DNA of 33,750 nt from assembly GCA_009923375.1 (NCBI GenBank), contig RFTO01000002.1, positions 1-33,750 of the forward strand. The letters are read 5' to 3'. A program made the position numbers and the translations under genes. The stretch's first letter is position 1; each line of letters opens with the position of its first letter. The DNA is from Actinomycetota bacterium. GTDB taxonomy: Bacteria; Actinomycetota; Actinomycetes; S36-B12; UBA5976. The notes under the pieces are model-generated. The model saw only the letters and a program-made list of their open reading frames with translations. It did no database searches and was not told the origin of the DNA. Below are positions 8,148-16,677 of this stretch, piece by piece.

Positions 8148-9173
8148 ATGAAGCGGTCGCGGGTAGGTTTCGCGGCCGGAATCGCAGGCCTTGTAGCACT
8201 TGTGACCTTCGTCACAAGTACTCAGTCAGCCGTTATCGCTCAAGGAACTCACGCAGCCGTCAAACCCCCTGTGATTAAGTTGCGGTGGTCCCAAGAATTC
8301 ACCGGAGCGGCAGGAATCCCGAACTTCGTTCAGACCCGTTCGGCCGTAGCTGGCAAGCATGTCTGGGCGGCCGAGGTGAATGGCCTTGGCGGAGGGAACT
8401 ATGAGCGCCAGTACTACACAGATGGCGCGGTCTCGCTCAATGCGAATGGAACGGTCGCCCACAACGCGATTGAGCTCAATGGCCAGGGTCAGCTCGCCAT
8501 AAATGCGGCGAAAACGCCGAGCACATTTGGCTCCGCGCCTGGTTCTACTCCAGGCACCGCGGACAACGTGAACTGCTGGTACGGGCGCTGCAAGTATCAA
8601 AGTGGCCGCATCAACACTCTCGGGCTCGTCGGTTTTAAATACGGCCGGCTTGAGGCCCGAATCAAGATTCCTAGCGGGATTGGGACCTGGCCGGCTTGGT
8701 GGATGATGGGGGCGAATCAGCCAACTGTTGGTTGGCCCAAGTGCGGGGAGCTGGACATCATGGAAGCCGCGATGAGCAGCGGCTGGGCCTACTCCGCATT
8801 TGGAACAATGCATTCTTTTCCGGATAACGGAATCGGCCTTTCCAGGACGATCTATCCAGACAAGCTTTACACGGCTTACCACACTTACGGCCTGCAATGG
8901 GATGCCACAAAAATTATCTGGTCATTTGACGGCAAGCCCTTCTTTACCTTGACCAAAGCGAGCGCAACCTCGGCGGCGAATGCAGTTGACGGAGTCCGAC
9001 GCAGCTGGCCGTTCGATCAAGAGATGTACATGATTCTCAATACCGCGATCGGTGGCCGACTCGGCGGAGACAGCAGCTTCAACGCACCACCTAATGCAAC
9101 CGGCGGAACGATGCTCGTTGACTGGATTCATTTCTCATCAGTCGACGGCGTCGGCTCTGTGATCATCCACTGA
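8148..9173 (+). CDS. Secreted GH16 glycoside hydrolase, probably an endo-beta-1,3(4)-glucanase/laminarinase
   Basis: Catalytic motif GELDIME (ExDxxE) preceded by TWPAWWMMG. Signal peptide MKRSRVGFAAGIAGLVALVTFVTSTQSAVIAQ. A GGGAGG RBS lies 7 nt upstream of the ATG at 8148. The track start at 8004 would cover the operator sites and bury the signal peptide. Confidence 0.85.
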   Translation: MKRSRVGFAAGIAGLVALVTFVTSTQSAVIAQGTHAAVKPPVIKLRWSQEFTGAAGIPNFVQTRSAVAGKHVWAAEVNGLGGGNYERQYYTDGAVSLNANGTVAHNAIELNGQGQLAINAAKTPSTFGSAPGSTPGTADNVNCWYGRCKYQSGRINTLGLVGFKYGRLEARIKIPSGIGTWPAWWMMGANQPTVGWPKCGELDIMEAAMSSGWAYSAFGTMHSFPDNGIGLSRTIYPDKLYTAYHTYGLQWDATKIIWSFDGKPFFTLTKASATSAANAVDGVRRSWPFDQEMYMILNTAIGGRLGGDSSFNAPPNATGGTMLVDWIHFSSVDGVGSVIIH

Positions 9174-9211
9174 TGTTTGATTCTTCACCTCGTGACGAAG
9201 GGAATGCACAC

Positions 9212-10960
9212 ATGAACCGCCTATTGCGCAAGGGGGCAGTTGCTTCGGCGGCGCTGATGGTCCTAGCAGGTCTCCCGATGATGACCACCTCGGCTGCAGC
9301 TGTGACGGAATGGATTCCTGCACCCACATGGAGCCAGATGAACGTGGATTCCGCAGCCGGGGTGTTCCAGCAGGATCTGCGCATGTTCGACTCCAGCAGT
9401 GTGAAGATGACTGACAGTTCCAGCCAGCACGGCACCGCTTACATCCGCAAGAGCACCCGCACCGTGACAGTGAGATACGACTGCACCAAGCAGCAGGGGT
9501 CGCTACCTTTGCCATCATCCACCTGCGCGGGAAAGAACCTTCAGTTCTGGATTGATCTGTCAGGGTTGGATTTCACCCGCGTGAAAGTCGGCGTCGAAGG
9601 TGTGTTGAAGAGCAAACCGAATGTCTATGTCACGAAGACTGCTGACGAGAACGGCCAAGCTACGGTCACGCTGAATGTCACCGATCGCGGCACCGCCGCA
9701 AAGGGCCAGGTTCTCATGGCCGACGACTACATCGGCGTCAGTGTGAGCGCTTGTGACCGGTCCGTGGCATCGAATAAGTGCTCGAACACGTCATACGTCG
9801 GGCCGTTGGCGCTGCTCTACCAAGACAAGGGTTACTACCCGCAGGTGAAGATTCTGAACATGGATCAAACCCCTGCGCTGCCAAATTGTGGCGGCGTGCT
9901 CTGGGCGCGCGATGAGACGTGGGACTGGAGTGTGTACAAGCGCTCCTGGTTCGGTGATTACGCCTGTGTCTACTCCAAGTCTTATCAAGTGGGCGATAGC
10001 GCAACTGTTCCTTACCGAATTTTGGATATCTGGGGGACGCCGATGGCGAACTACCCAGTGGACTTCACCCACCCGAGCACCCCACCGAACTGCGGGACAG
10101 TGCGGTGCAAGTGGGCAAAAGACACGATGCACAAGTACACCGACAAAAACGGTTACGTCACTTTCGTTGCTCGTAACTTGAACACCGCGGTTGAAGCCTG
10201 CGCAAACGTCGGCTACAACCAGGACACGAAGCAAACGCACAACTGTGCCATTGGCGTTGGCATGGAAGCCACCACTGGCATGGAGCCGGAGTCGCGCGAT
10301 CTGTTCTGGCCACAGTTCGTGAATTCGCTGACTATTCCTTCGGACTACATCGATTTCCATGTTCGCTCCCGAGGCATGCTGAACACACCGACAGACCCCA
10401 ACGACCACTCGGCGCTACCAGCACCGATCTCCAATGATGTCTATGCAGGCGATGTCAAGAACCCTGCGTTGCCAGTTGCCGGCAGTGCGGCGGCCCCCGG
10501 GGACGCAACCTTCCAAGCATCCGCGATCACAGCGACTTTGGATCTCAGTTACCTGATGAACGGCAACCCTGACGTCACATGCTTCCGGGTGCTGGATGCC
10601 AAGCACCCCCAGCGGGTAAAGAAGTTGTCTGCGAATTGCAAGGAAGCGGTTCCGCTGTACGCGCCTGATGTTGTGGTGACTGCGAACAACGGCGGGAAGG
10701 TGCTTCGTGTGTGCCCAGACACCAATGCGTCAGGTGTGTGCAGTGCCGCACAGTTACCTCGGTCATGGGACATCACTAGCGTGGCTCAGATGAAGTCGTC
10801 ACAGACTTTCGGGTGGCAGTACTACTCCCAGCTGCTGTTGACAGCAACCCAACCGGGCAAAACGACATTCACTGTGACGGTTGGGAAGAACCGCCCCATC
10901 ACGATTGCGCAGTCGTACATCAACACGGCACCAACGCCCACGACGATCAAGCGAGGCTGA
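9212..10960 (+). CDS. Secreted Cys-rich protein of unknown function (582 aa) with Ig-like modules and no recognisable catalytic motif
   Basis: Signal peptide MNRLLRKGAVASAALMVLAGLPMMTTSAAAV. Module motifs TADENGQATVTLNVTD and TDKNGYVTFVARNL. About 18 Cys, mostly in close pairs. An alternative start at 9173 overlaps the GH16 stop (TGATG). Confidence 0.7.
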   Translation: MNRLLRKGAVASAALMVLAGLPMMTTSAAAVTEWIPAPTWSQMNVDSAAGVFQQDLRMFDSSSVKMTDSSSQHGTAYIRKSTRTVTVRYDCTKQQGSLPLPSSTCAGKNLQFWIDLSGLDFTRVKVGVEGVLKSKPNVYVTKTADENGQATVTLNVTDRGTAAKGQVLMADDYIGVSVSACDRSVASNKCSNTSYVGPLALLYQDKGYYPQVKILNMDQTPALPNCGGVLWARDETWDWSVYKRSWFGDYACVYSKSYQVGDSATVPYRILDIWGTPMANYPVDFTHPSTPPNCGTVRCKWAKDTMHKYTDKNGYVTFVARNLNTAVEACANVGYNQDTKQTHNCAIGVGMEATTGMEPESRDLFWPQFVNSLTIPSDYIDFHVRSRGMLNTPTDPNDHSALPAPISNDVYAGDVKNPALPVAGSAAAPGDATFQASAITATLDLSYLMNGNPDVTCFRVLDAKHPQRVKKLSANCKEAVPLYAPDVVVTANNGGKVLRVCPDTNASGVCSAAQLPRSWDITSVAQMKSSQTFGWQYYSQLLLTATQPGKTTFTVTVGKNRPITIAQSYINTAPTPTTIKRG

Positions 10961-10961
10961 T

Positions 10962-12299
10962 GTGAACCTCCTGACACCGCGCTCTAGGAAGGCACTCCTG
11001 GCTTCGGCAGCACTCGTTGCTGGTCTGTTCGTCGCACCAATCGCTCCAACTCAGGCTGCTGGATTCCCGACGCTTCGCTTAGTGGATCCAGCGCCGACGC
11101 CAGTCAATAGTTTCGAGCTCACCTTCGATGCGAAGGACAGTGGCTGGATCAAGTACTACACCCCCGCCATGCGCGCGTTCTTCATGTATCGCAATGTCGG
11201 CTCCACCTTCTCTTTCACCTATGAGGCGAAGGACAGCAATGGCGCGTTGATGAAGAACGCGCCTGTCTATTTGATTGTCAATAAGAACTGGTCATGTTCA
11301 GATGGCACGTACACAACGGATGTTGACACCTTCTACTCGGGAGTCAACCGACCTGACGCGCGTCATATTGTGGGTGACTGGTGCGGAAGTGAGCAGAAGA
11401 TGTTCGGCGGCGAGACTTCTGTGCCAGGCACCACAGATGCCAATGGCCGTGTGACGTTTACCCTCACCAACACCAATGCCAGTGCCGACGCAGAGGTGGC
11501 CCCAGTCGGCAAGACTGTCATCAACACCTACTCACCGGGAAACCTCAGATACACGGAGGATCCGCTGAGCTTGGGCAGCACCATCACCGCAAGTTTCGTC
11601 CAACATCCGCTGGCTGCAGATGACAACGCCGAGAACAAGGATTTGCTTTTCGTACACCTCGTGAATAACTCGCTGAAGGCTGAGAAGGCAATAACCACGG
11701 CACTGACAGCAGCAGGAACAAAGCAAATCCGCTTCCGCGCTGTCAACCTTGATGGAGTCCCGCAAGCAAACGTGGCAGTCAGCATTGTGCAGATGTCTGG
11801 GCCGGATGAGGCGTCCATCATCCCGATCACTGGCAGTGAGTATGGCGGCATCATCAGCACCACATCCGACGCAAGCGGATGGGTGACATTCAATGCTGTC
11901 ATGACCGACAAGATGGTGGGAGATCAGGAGATCACCGCCAAGATTGATGACACTCGTGTGTCTGCGAAGCTGACCGTTTCGTGGATTGATGTCTCACCTC
12001 CCAAGGTCACCAAGGCGGCAGTAATCACCGGCCGCGCGGTTGTTGGGGCGACGCTGGCGGCTGCCAAGGGAACCTGGTCTGGCTCTCCTGCCATCACCTA
12101 CTCATGGCTCCAGTGCACCGCACCGGGTAAGGCAGCAACTGCGGTGCCCCTAGGTTGCACGGCCATCAAGAGTGCGACGAAATCAACATACAAAATTGCG
12201 GTGGGCAATCGCAATAAGTACATCCGCTCCGTTGTCCGCGGAACGAACTTGGCCGGAGCCGCGCTGACTGTCAGCGCAGCGACAACGAAGATCAAGTGA
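10962..12299 (+). CDS. Secreted protein of unknown function (445 aa) with an N-terminal module homologous to the 1-1982 repeats and a C-terminal Ig-like domain
   Basis: GTG start with a GAGG RBS, 2 nt after the upstream stop. Signal peptide VNLLTPRSRKALLASAALVAGLFVAPIAPTQAAG. The stretch LRLV.P ... GTTDANGRVTFTLTNTNASADAEVAP parallels module 4 of the left-edge protein. The C-terminus reads GRAVVGATLAAAKGTWSGSPAITYSWLQC. Confidence 0.7.
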   Translation: MNLLTPRSRKALLASAALVAGLFVAPIAPTQAAGFPTLRLVDPAPTPVNSFELTFDAKDSGWIKYYTPAMRAFFMYRNVGSTFSFTYEAKDSNGALMKNAPVYLIVNKNWSCSDGTYTTDVDTFYSGVNRPDARHIVGDWCGSEQKMFGGETSVPGTTDANGRVTFTLTNTNASADAEVAPVGKTVINTYSPGNLRYTEDPLSLGSTITASFVQHPLAADDNAENKDLLFVHLVNNSLKAEKAITTALTAAGTKQIRFRAVNLDGVPQANVAVSIVQMSGPDEASIIPITGSEYGGIISTTSDASGWVTFNAVMTDKMVGDQEITAKIDDTRVSAKLTVSWIDVSPPKVTKAAVITGRAVVGATLAAAKGTWSGSPAITYSWLQCTAPGKAATAVPLGCTAIKSATKSTYKIAVGNRNKYIRSVVRGTNLAGAALTVSAATTKIK

Positions 12300-13357
12300 C
12301 GTCGATGACACCATTGAAGAAGGTCGTGTTCGCGGCAGTTGCCGGCACCATCGCTGCGGCGTTGGTGTTGCCATCCCCCGCGATGGCTAAAACAAGTGCC
12401 CGTGCTGCCGCGAAGACTGAGGCGGCCGCAAAGCCAAAGCTTCGAATGCTGTGGCATGAGGAGTTCGATGGCAAGCGTGGTCTGCCGCCGACGGTCCAGA
12501 CGTCGACCAGGAAGTATGACAAGAAATACAACTGGACAACGGAGATCAACGGGAATCCGTACAACCACGAGCGCCAGTACTACACCGACGATGTGGTGCA
12601 GTTCAACAAGAGTGGCAGCATCGCTCATTACGCCATTGAGGTGAACGGCAAGGGATCACTGGCGATCAATGCCATGAAGCCCCAGAAGAAGACTGCAACT
12701 CACCGCAGCACTTACCCGCAGGATTACTGCGCATATGGCGTGTGTGAATACGTCTCTGGGCGGATGAACACCAAAGGCAAGCTCGGGTTCAAGTACGGGC
12801 AGATCCTTGCTCGGGTGAAAGTGCCCGATGGTGGCGGAACGTGGCCCGCTTTATGGTTGCTCGGCGCGGATGACTCCACGAACAACTGGCCAGGTTGTGG
12901 TGAGATCGACATGCTTGAGTCAGCTACGACTGCCAATTTCTATGGCGCGATTGTTGGCACTTTGCACTCATGGCCAGACGACGGCATCGGCACCACCGCG
13001 CGCTACTACCCCGAGGCACCAGATCTGTACGCCGGCTACCACACCATCGGGCTGCGCTGGGTGCCCAACAAGATTGAGTTCATGGTTGATGGCAAGGTGT
13101 ACCAGTCGATCACCAAGAAGGAGATGACTTCGGAAGGCAATGCTGTCTATGTCGACTCCCTAGGGCAGACCTACAACCGGGAATGGCCTTTCAATAAGGA
13201 GTTCTACATGATCCTCAACCTCGCGATGGGCGGGTTCTTCGGAGGCGACTCGAGCGATGACTACAAGGCGCCTGCGGACAGCAAGGGTGGAGCGCTGCTC
13301 GTCGACTGGATTCGGGTGTACTCGGTTAATGGAATCGGCAAGGTAATTCGGCACTAA
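12296..13357 (+). CDS. Secreted GH16 glycoside hydrolase, a paralog of 8148-9173
   Basis: Catalytic motif GEIDMLE preceded by TWPALWLLG. Signal peptide ending PSPAMA-K. The GTG start overlaps the upstream stop (GTGA); an alternative ATG lies at 12305. It aligns by eye with the first GH16 along its whole length. Confidence 0.85.
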   Translation: MTSMTPLKKVVFAAVAGTIAAALVLPSPAMAKTSARAAAKTEAAAKPKLRMLWHEEFDGKRGLPPTVQTSTRKYDKKYNWTTEINGNPYNHERQYYTDDVVQFNKSGSIAHYAIEVNGKGSLAINAMKPQKKTATHRSTYPQDYCAYGVCEYVSGRMNTKGKLGFKYGQILARVKVPDGGGTWPALWLLGADDSTNNWPGCGEIDMLESATTANFYGAIVGTLHSWPDDGIGTTARYYPEAPDLYAGYHTIGLRWVPNKIEFMVDGKVYQSITKKEMTSEGNAVYVDSLGQTYNREWPFNKEFYMILNLAMGGFFGGDSSDDYKAPADSKGGALLVDWIRVYSVNGIGKVIRH

Positions 13358-13442
13358 GTACCACCCGCGTCGGCCACCCGGTTGACGCATCCCCTTTCAC
13401 AACGGATCGTCCGGCACGTTCCTGCCGGTGAAGGAGAATGAC

Positions 13443-14528
13443 ATGGCAACCGTGACCTTTGAGAAGGCAACGCGGATTTACCCAGGGTCAACAGTCCCGG
13501 CGGTGAACGAACTTGACCTGCACATCGAAGACGGCGAGTTTCTCGTTTTCGTGGGCCCATCTGGCTGCGGTAAGACGACTTCGTTGCGGATGCTCGCCGG
13601 TCTTGAGGACATCGACAACGGCGATGTCTTTATCGGCGGCCGCGAGGTGACTTACGTCGCCCCCAAGGACCGCGATATTGCGATGGTGTTTCAGAACTAT
13701 GCGCTCTACCCCCACATGACTGTCGCCGAGAACATGGGCTTCGCATTGAAGATTGCGGGAGTCTCCAAAGAGGAATCCGCCAAGCGCGTTAAGGAAGCGG
13801 CGGAAATCCTCGACCTCACCGACTATCTTCTGCGCAAGCCGAAGCAACTCTCCGGCGGGCAGCGCCAGCGGGTGGCGATGGGGCGTGCGATCGTGCGCAA
13901 CCCGCAGGTGTTCCTCATGGACGAACCGCTGTCGAACTTGGATGCGAAGTTGCGTGTTCAGACGCGCACCGAGATTGCAGCATTGCAGCGCCGCCTTGGC
14001 GTCACCACTGTTTACGTCACCCACGACCAGACCGAGGCGATGACCATGGGTGATCGCGTCGCGGTAATGAAGGACGGGTTCTTGCAGCAGGTGGACACTC
14101 CTCAGAACCTTTACAACCGCCCTGGCAACGCATTCGTGGCCGGATTCATTGGCTCACCTGCGATGAATTTGGTCGATGTTCGTGTATCTGATGGCCGAGC
14201 GCAACTAGGTAACACCTCCGTCGCACTGCGCAATGAGGTCCTGGCCGAGCTTGCCTCCGAGGGAACAGACACCGTCACCTTGGGCATGCGACCGGAGTCA
14301 CTGACTCTAAACGATGGCGGCTTGGAGCTCGACTTGCACTTAGTCGAGTTGCTCGGTGCCGATGCTTATGCCTACGGAAATGTTATGGATGCCAATGGCA
14401 AGCCCCAGCAGCTGACTATCCGCACCGACGGTGAGCACGCACCCTCGCGTGGTGCTCGAATCCAGCTGCATGTCAATGAAGGGGCAGTACACGCCTTCAG
14501 CACCATCACGGGCAACCGGCTGGGCTAA
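13443..14528 (+). CDS. msiK: Sugar ABC transporter ATP-binding protein (MsiK/MalK/UgpC type)
   Basis: Walker A GPSGCGKTT, signature LSGGQRQRVA and Walker B FLMDEPLSNLD, plus a C-terminal MalK-like regulatory domain. A GAAGGAG RBS precedes the ATG at 13443; the track start at 13428 lies inside that RBS. Confidence 0.9.
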   Translation: MATVTFEKATRIYPGSTVPAVNELDLHIEDGEFLVFVGPSGCGKTTSLRMLAGLEDIDNGDVFIGGREVTYVAPKDRDIAMVFQNYALYPHMTVAENMGFALKIAGVSKEESAKRVKEAAEILDLTDYLLRKPKQLSGGQRQRVAMGRAIVRNPQVFLMDEPLSNLDAKLRVQTRTEIAALQRRLGVTTVYVTHDQTEAMTMGDRVAVMKDGFLQQVDTPQNLYNRPGNAFVAGFIGSPAMNLVDVRVSDGRAQLGNTSVALRNEVLAELASEGTDTVTLGMRPESLTLNDGGLELDLHLVELLGADAYAYGNVMDANGKPQQLTIRTDGEHAPSRGARIQLHVNEGAVHAFSTITGNRLG

Positions 14529-14531
14529 TTA

Positions 14532-14573
14532 ACCGAGCAACTGACCAACAGCCGGGTTGCTCAGTTGCTCGGT
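14532..14573. terminator. Bidirectional stem-loop between the convergent msiK and kynA genes
   Basis: Perfect 13-bp inverted repeat accgagcaactga (14532-14544) / tcagttgctcggt (14561-14573). A further 4-bp caac/gttg pairing lies inside the 16-nt spacer. There is no clear U-tract on the + side and a partial T-rich stretch on the - side. Confidence 0.6.
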
Positions 14574-14578
14574 AAGAA

Positions 14579-15406
14579 TCAGAACTCGCTGCGGATTGCC
14601 CAAAGATCGGGAAACACCGGCTGTGAGACGGTGCCGGTGAGGTAATCCACACCGGAGGACCCACCAGTGCCTTGTTTGCGACCGATAGTGCGCTCAACCA
14701 TTTTCACATGCCGGTAGCGCCATTCCTGTAATCCCTCGTCGATGTCGACAAGCCGCTCGCAGACCAAGGCAACCTCAGGGTCATGGCGGTGGGCATCGAG
14801 CAACAAATGTTGGACGTCTGCATCGGCGCAGTAAGGAGTGCTGACATCTCGGTTGATCAAACGGCCAGGTACTGGATACCCGTGTGCAAGGAAGTAACGC
14901 AGACACGAGTCCCAGAGACTCGGTGAGGCGAGCAGTTCCAAGATGGTCGCATGCTCTGCGGTATTCGGCGCAAATTGCGTCGCAACACGAGCATCACGGC
15001 GCCCCAGCAACACCTCGACCATCCGAAATTGTGCTGATTGGAATCCGCTGGAGGATTCCAATCGCCCGCGAAATGACATGAACTGCAGTGGCGTCATGGT
15101 CTCCAGGATGTCCACCTGTGCCACACAGATCTTCAGGATCGTGCGGATGCGGCTGAGCAACCCCAGGCTGGCGTAAGTGTCACCGGCCGCCAAAGTGATG
15201 TGGGCTTGCTTCATCTCATGCAGCAGTTGCTTAAACCACAACTCGTAGGTCTGGTGGATGATGATGAACAAAAGCTCATCGTGTTCTGGGACGCCATCTG
15301 GATGACCAGAGACTTGCTGTTGCAGACTCAAGAGCTGGGGGATATGCAGATACGACTGGTAAGACATCGCCTGCTCATAGGGCGCGCCTGAGTAATCCTC
15401 GCTCAT
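14579..15406 (-). CDS. kynA: Tryptophan 2,3-dioxygenase
   Basis: SYQSYLHIPQLLSLQ and HDELLFIIIHQTYELWFKQ are typical bacterial TDO motifs. The length (275 aa) fits. It overlaps kynU by 4 nt. Confidence 0.88.
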   Translation of the reverse strand: MSEDYSGAPYEQAMSYQSYLHIPQLLSLQQQVSGHPDGVPEHDELLFIIIHQTYELWFKQLLHEMKQAHITLAAGDTYASLGLLSRIRTILKICVAQVDILETMTPLQFMSFRGRLESSSGFQSAQFRMVEVLLGRRDARVATQFAPNTAEHATILELLASPSLWDSCLRYFLAHGYPVPGRLINRDVSTPYCADADVQHLLLDAHRHDPEVALVCERLVDIDEGLQEWRYRHVKMVERTIGRKQGTGGSSGVDYLTGTVSQPVFPDLWAIRSEF

Positions 15407-16677
15407 GTGACCGTCCCTGCTTGGAGGTCACCATCGAGATAGGTCTGCGTGAGCAGGCACTCCCGAATTCGCTGAAAGCCGTCCCACACTTCGGCATAAC
15501 TCGTTGCCAAAGGTGACATCGCCACTCGAATTGAATCGGGAACGCGGTAGTCGGTGATCACCGAGTGCTTAGTGCGTAACGCTGTGCTGATAGCGAGGGC
15601 GTCAGGATGACCTAGGGTGATGTGGCCCCCACGTTTACTTGCATCCCGCGGAGTCAACAGCGTCATGCCCAACGGGGCAAGCCATGTGTCAAAGAGGGAA
15701 ATCATCATCTCGGTGCCGGCAACTGCTTTTGCGGCGACTGCTGGCATCCCAGCCCGCTTGAGCATCTGCAGCGAAGATTCGACGCTTGTCGTCCCGAGTA
15801 GCGAGGGGCTCGCTACCTGGAATCCGCGAATGCCATCTGCTCGATCGAAGTTCGCGCCCATCTGGAACTGCTCCCGTTGGGCGAACCAGCCGCGGATTGG
15901 CACCTGCACTTCCGCTTGCACCCTGTGGTTCACGTACATCCAGGCCGGTGCACCTGGGCCGGAGTTTAGATATTTGTAGGTGCACCCGACTGCGAGGTCG
16001 ACTCCAGTGTCATCAAGGTCAAGTTCAACCGAACCGACAGCATGCGCTGCATCCCAGACCATGAGAGCGCCGTGTTTGCGGACAAGGTCGGTGATAGCGC
16101 GGACGTCATGGCGCGCACCGGCGCGATACTGGACAACCTGGAGTGTCACTAATGCCACATCATCATTGAGATAAGGCGCCAGTTGTTGCGCCGTGATGAG
16201 CTCCCCTTGCTGTGCGTCTGACTCGTTATCGATCACCACGAGTCTCATGCCATGTTGTTCGGCAAGGCCCTGCAGGATGTAGCGATCGGTGGGGAAGTTC
16301 GCCGCATCGGTGATGATTGTGCGGCGCCCCGGCCGCGCGGTGATGGCAGCGCCGCAGAGTTGGTAGAGGTTCACCGATGTCGTGTCGCATACGAGGGTCT
16401 GCCCTGCGGCAGCGCCTAGCGCCACCTCCCCGAGGAGATCGCCCACTCGCTGAGCTGAGTTAACCCAGTGTGCCCAGCCCAGAACGCCTTCATCGGCCCA
16501 GACGTCCAGTGTCGCGTTGATGGCCTGGACTGTTTGCCTGGGCAAACGGCCGAGTGAATTGCCGTCGAGGTAGCAGACGGACTCATCAGTGATGAGGAAC
16601 TCACTGCGGAAGTTCGCTAACGGGTCGGCTGAATCCAGAGCCAGAGCAGCCGACCGGTCGATTGCGGTGGTCACCAA
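15403..16677 (-). CDS. kynU: Kynureninase (PLP-dependent)
   Basis: YLDGNSLGRLP near the N-terminus and the PLP-lysine motif CTYKYLNSGPGAP. The start is non-ATG (TTG at 16677 or GTG at 16674) and overlaps the pepO stop. Confidence 0.88.
   Translation of the reverse strand: MVTTAIDRSAALALDSADPLANFRSEFLITDESVCYLDGNSLGRLPRQTVQAINATLDVWADEGVLGWAHWVNSAQRVGDLLGEVALGAAAGQTLVCDTTSVNLYQLCGAAITARPGRRTIITDAANFPTDRYILQGLAEQHGMRLVVIDNESDAQQGELITAQQLAPYLNDDVALVTLQVVQYRAGARHDVRAITDLVRKHGALMVWDAAHAVGSVELDLDDTGVDLAVGCTYKYLNSGPGAPAWMYVNHRVQAEVQVPIRGWFAQREQFQMGANFDRADGIRGFQVASPSLLGTTSVESSLQMLKRAGMPAVAAKAVAGTEMMISLFDTWLAPLGMTLLTPRDASKRGGHITLGHPDALAISTALRTKHSVITDYRVPDSIRVAMSPLATSYAEVWDGFQRIRECLLTQTYLDGDLQAGTVT

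Noticed and set aside
13411-13428. The short hairpin CCGGCA-CGTTCC-TGCCGG after the second GH16 could be a terminator.
   Set aside because: It has only a 6-bp stem and no U-tract, and it abuts the msiK ribosome-binding site. That is too weak to call, and msiK may be read through from the GH16 operon.
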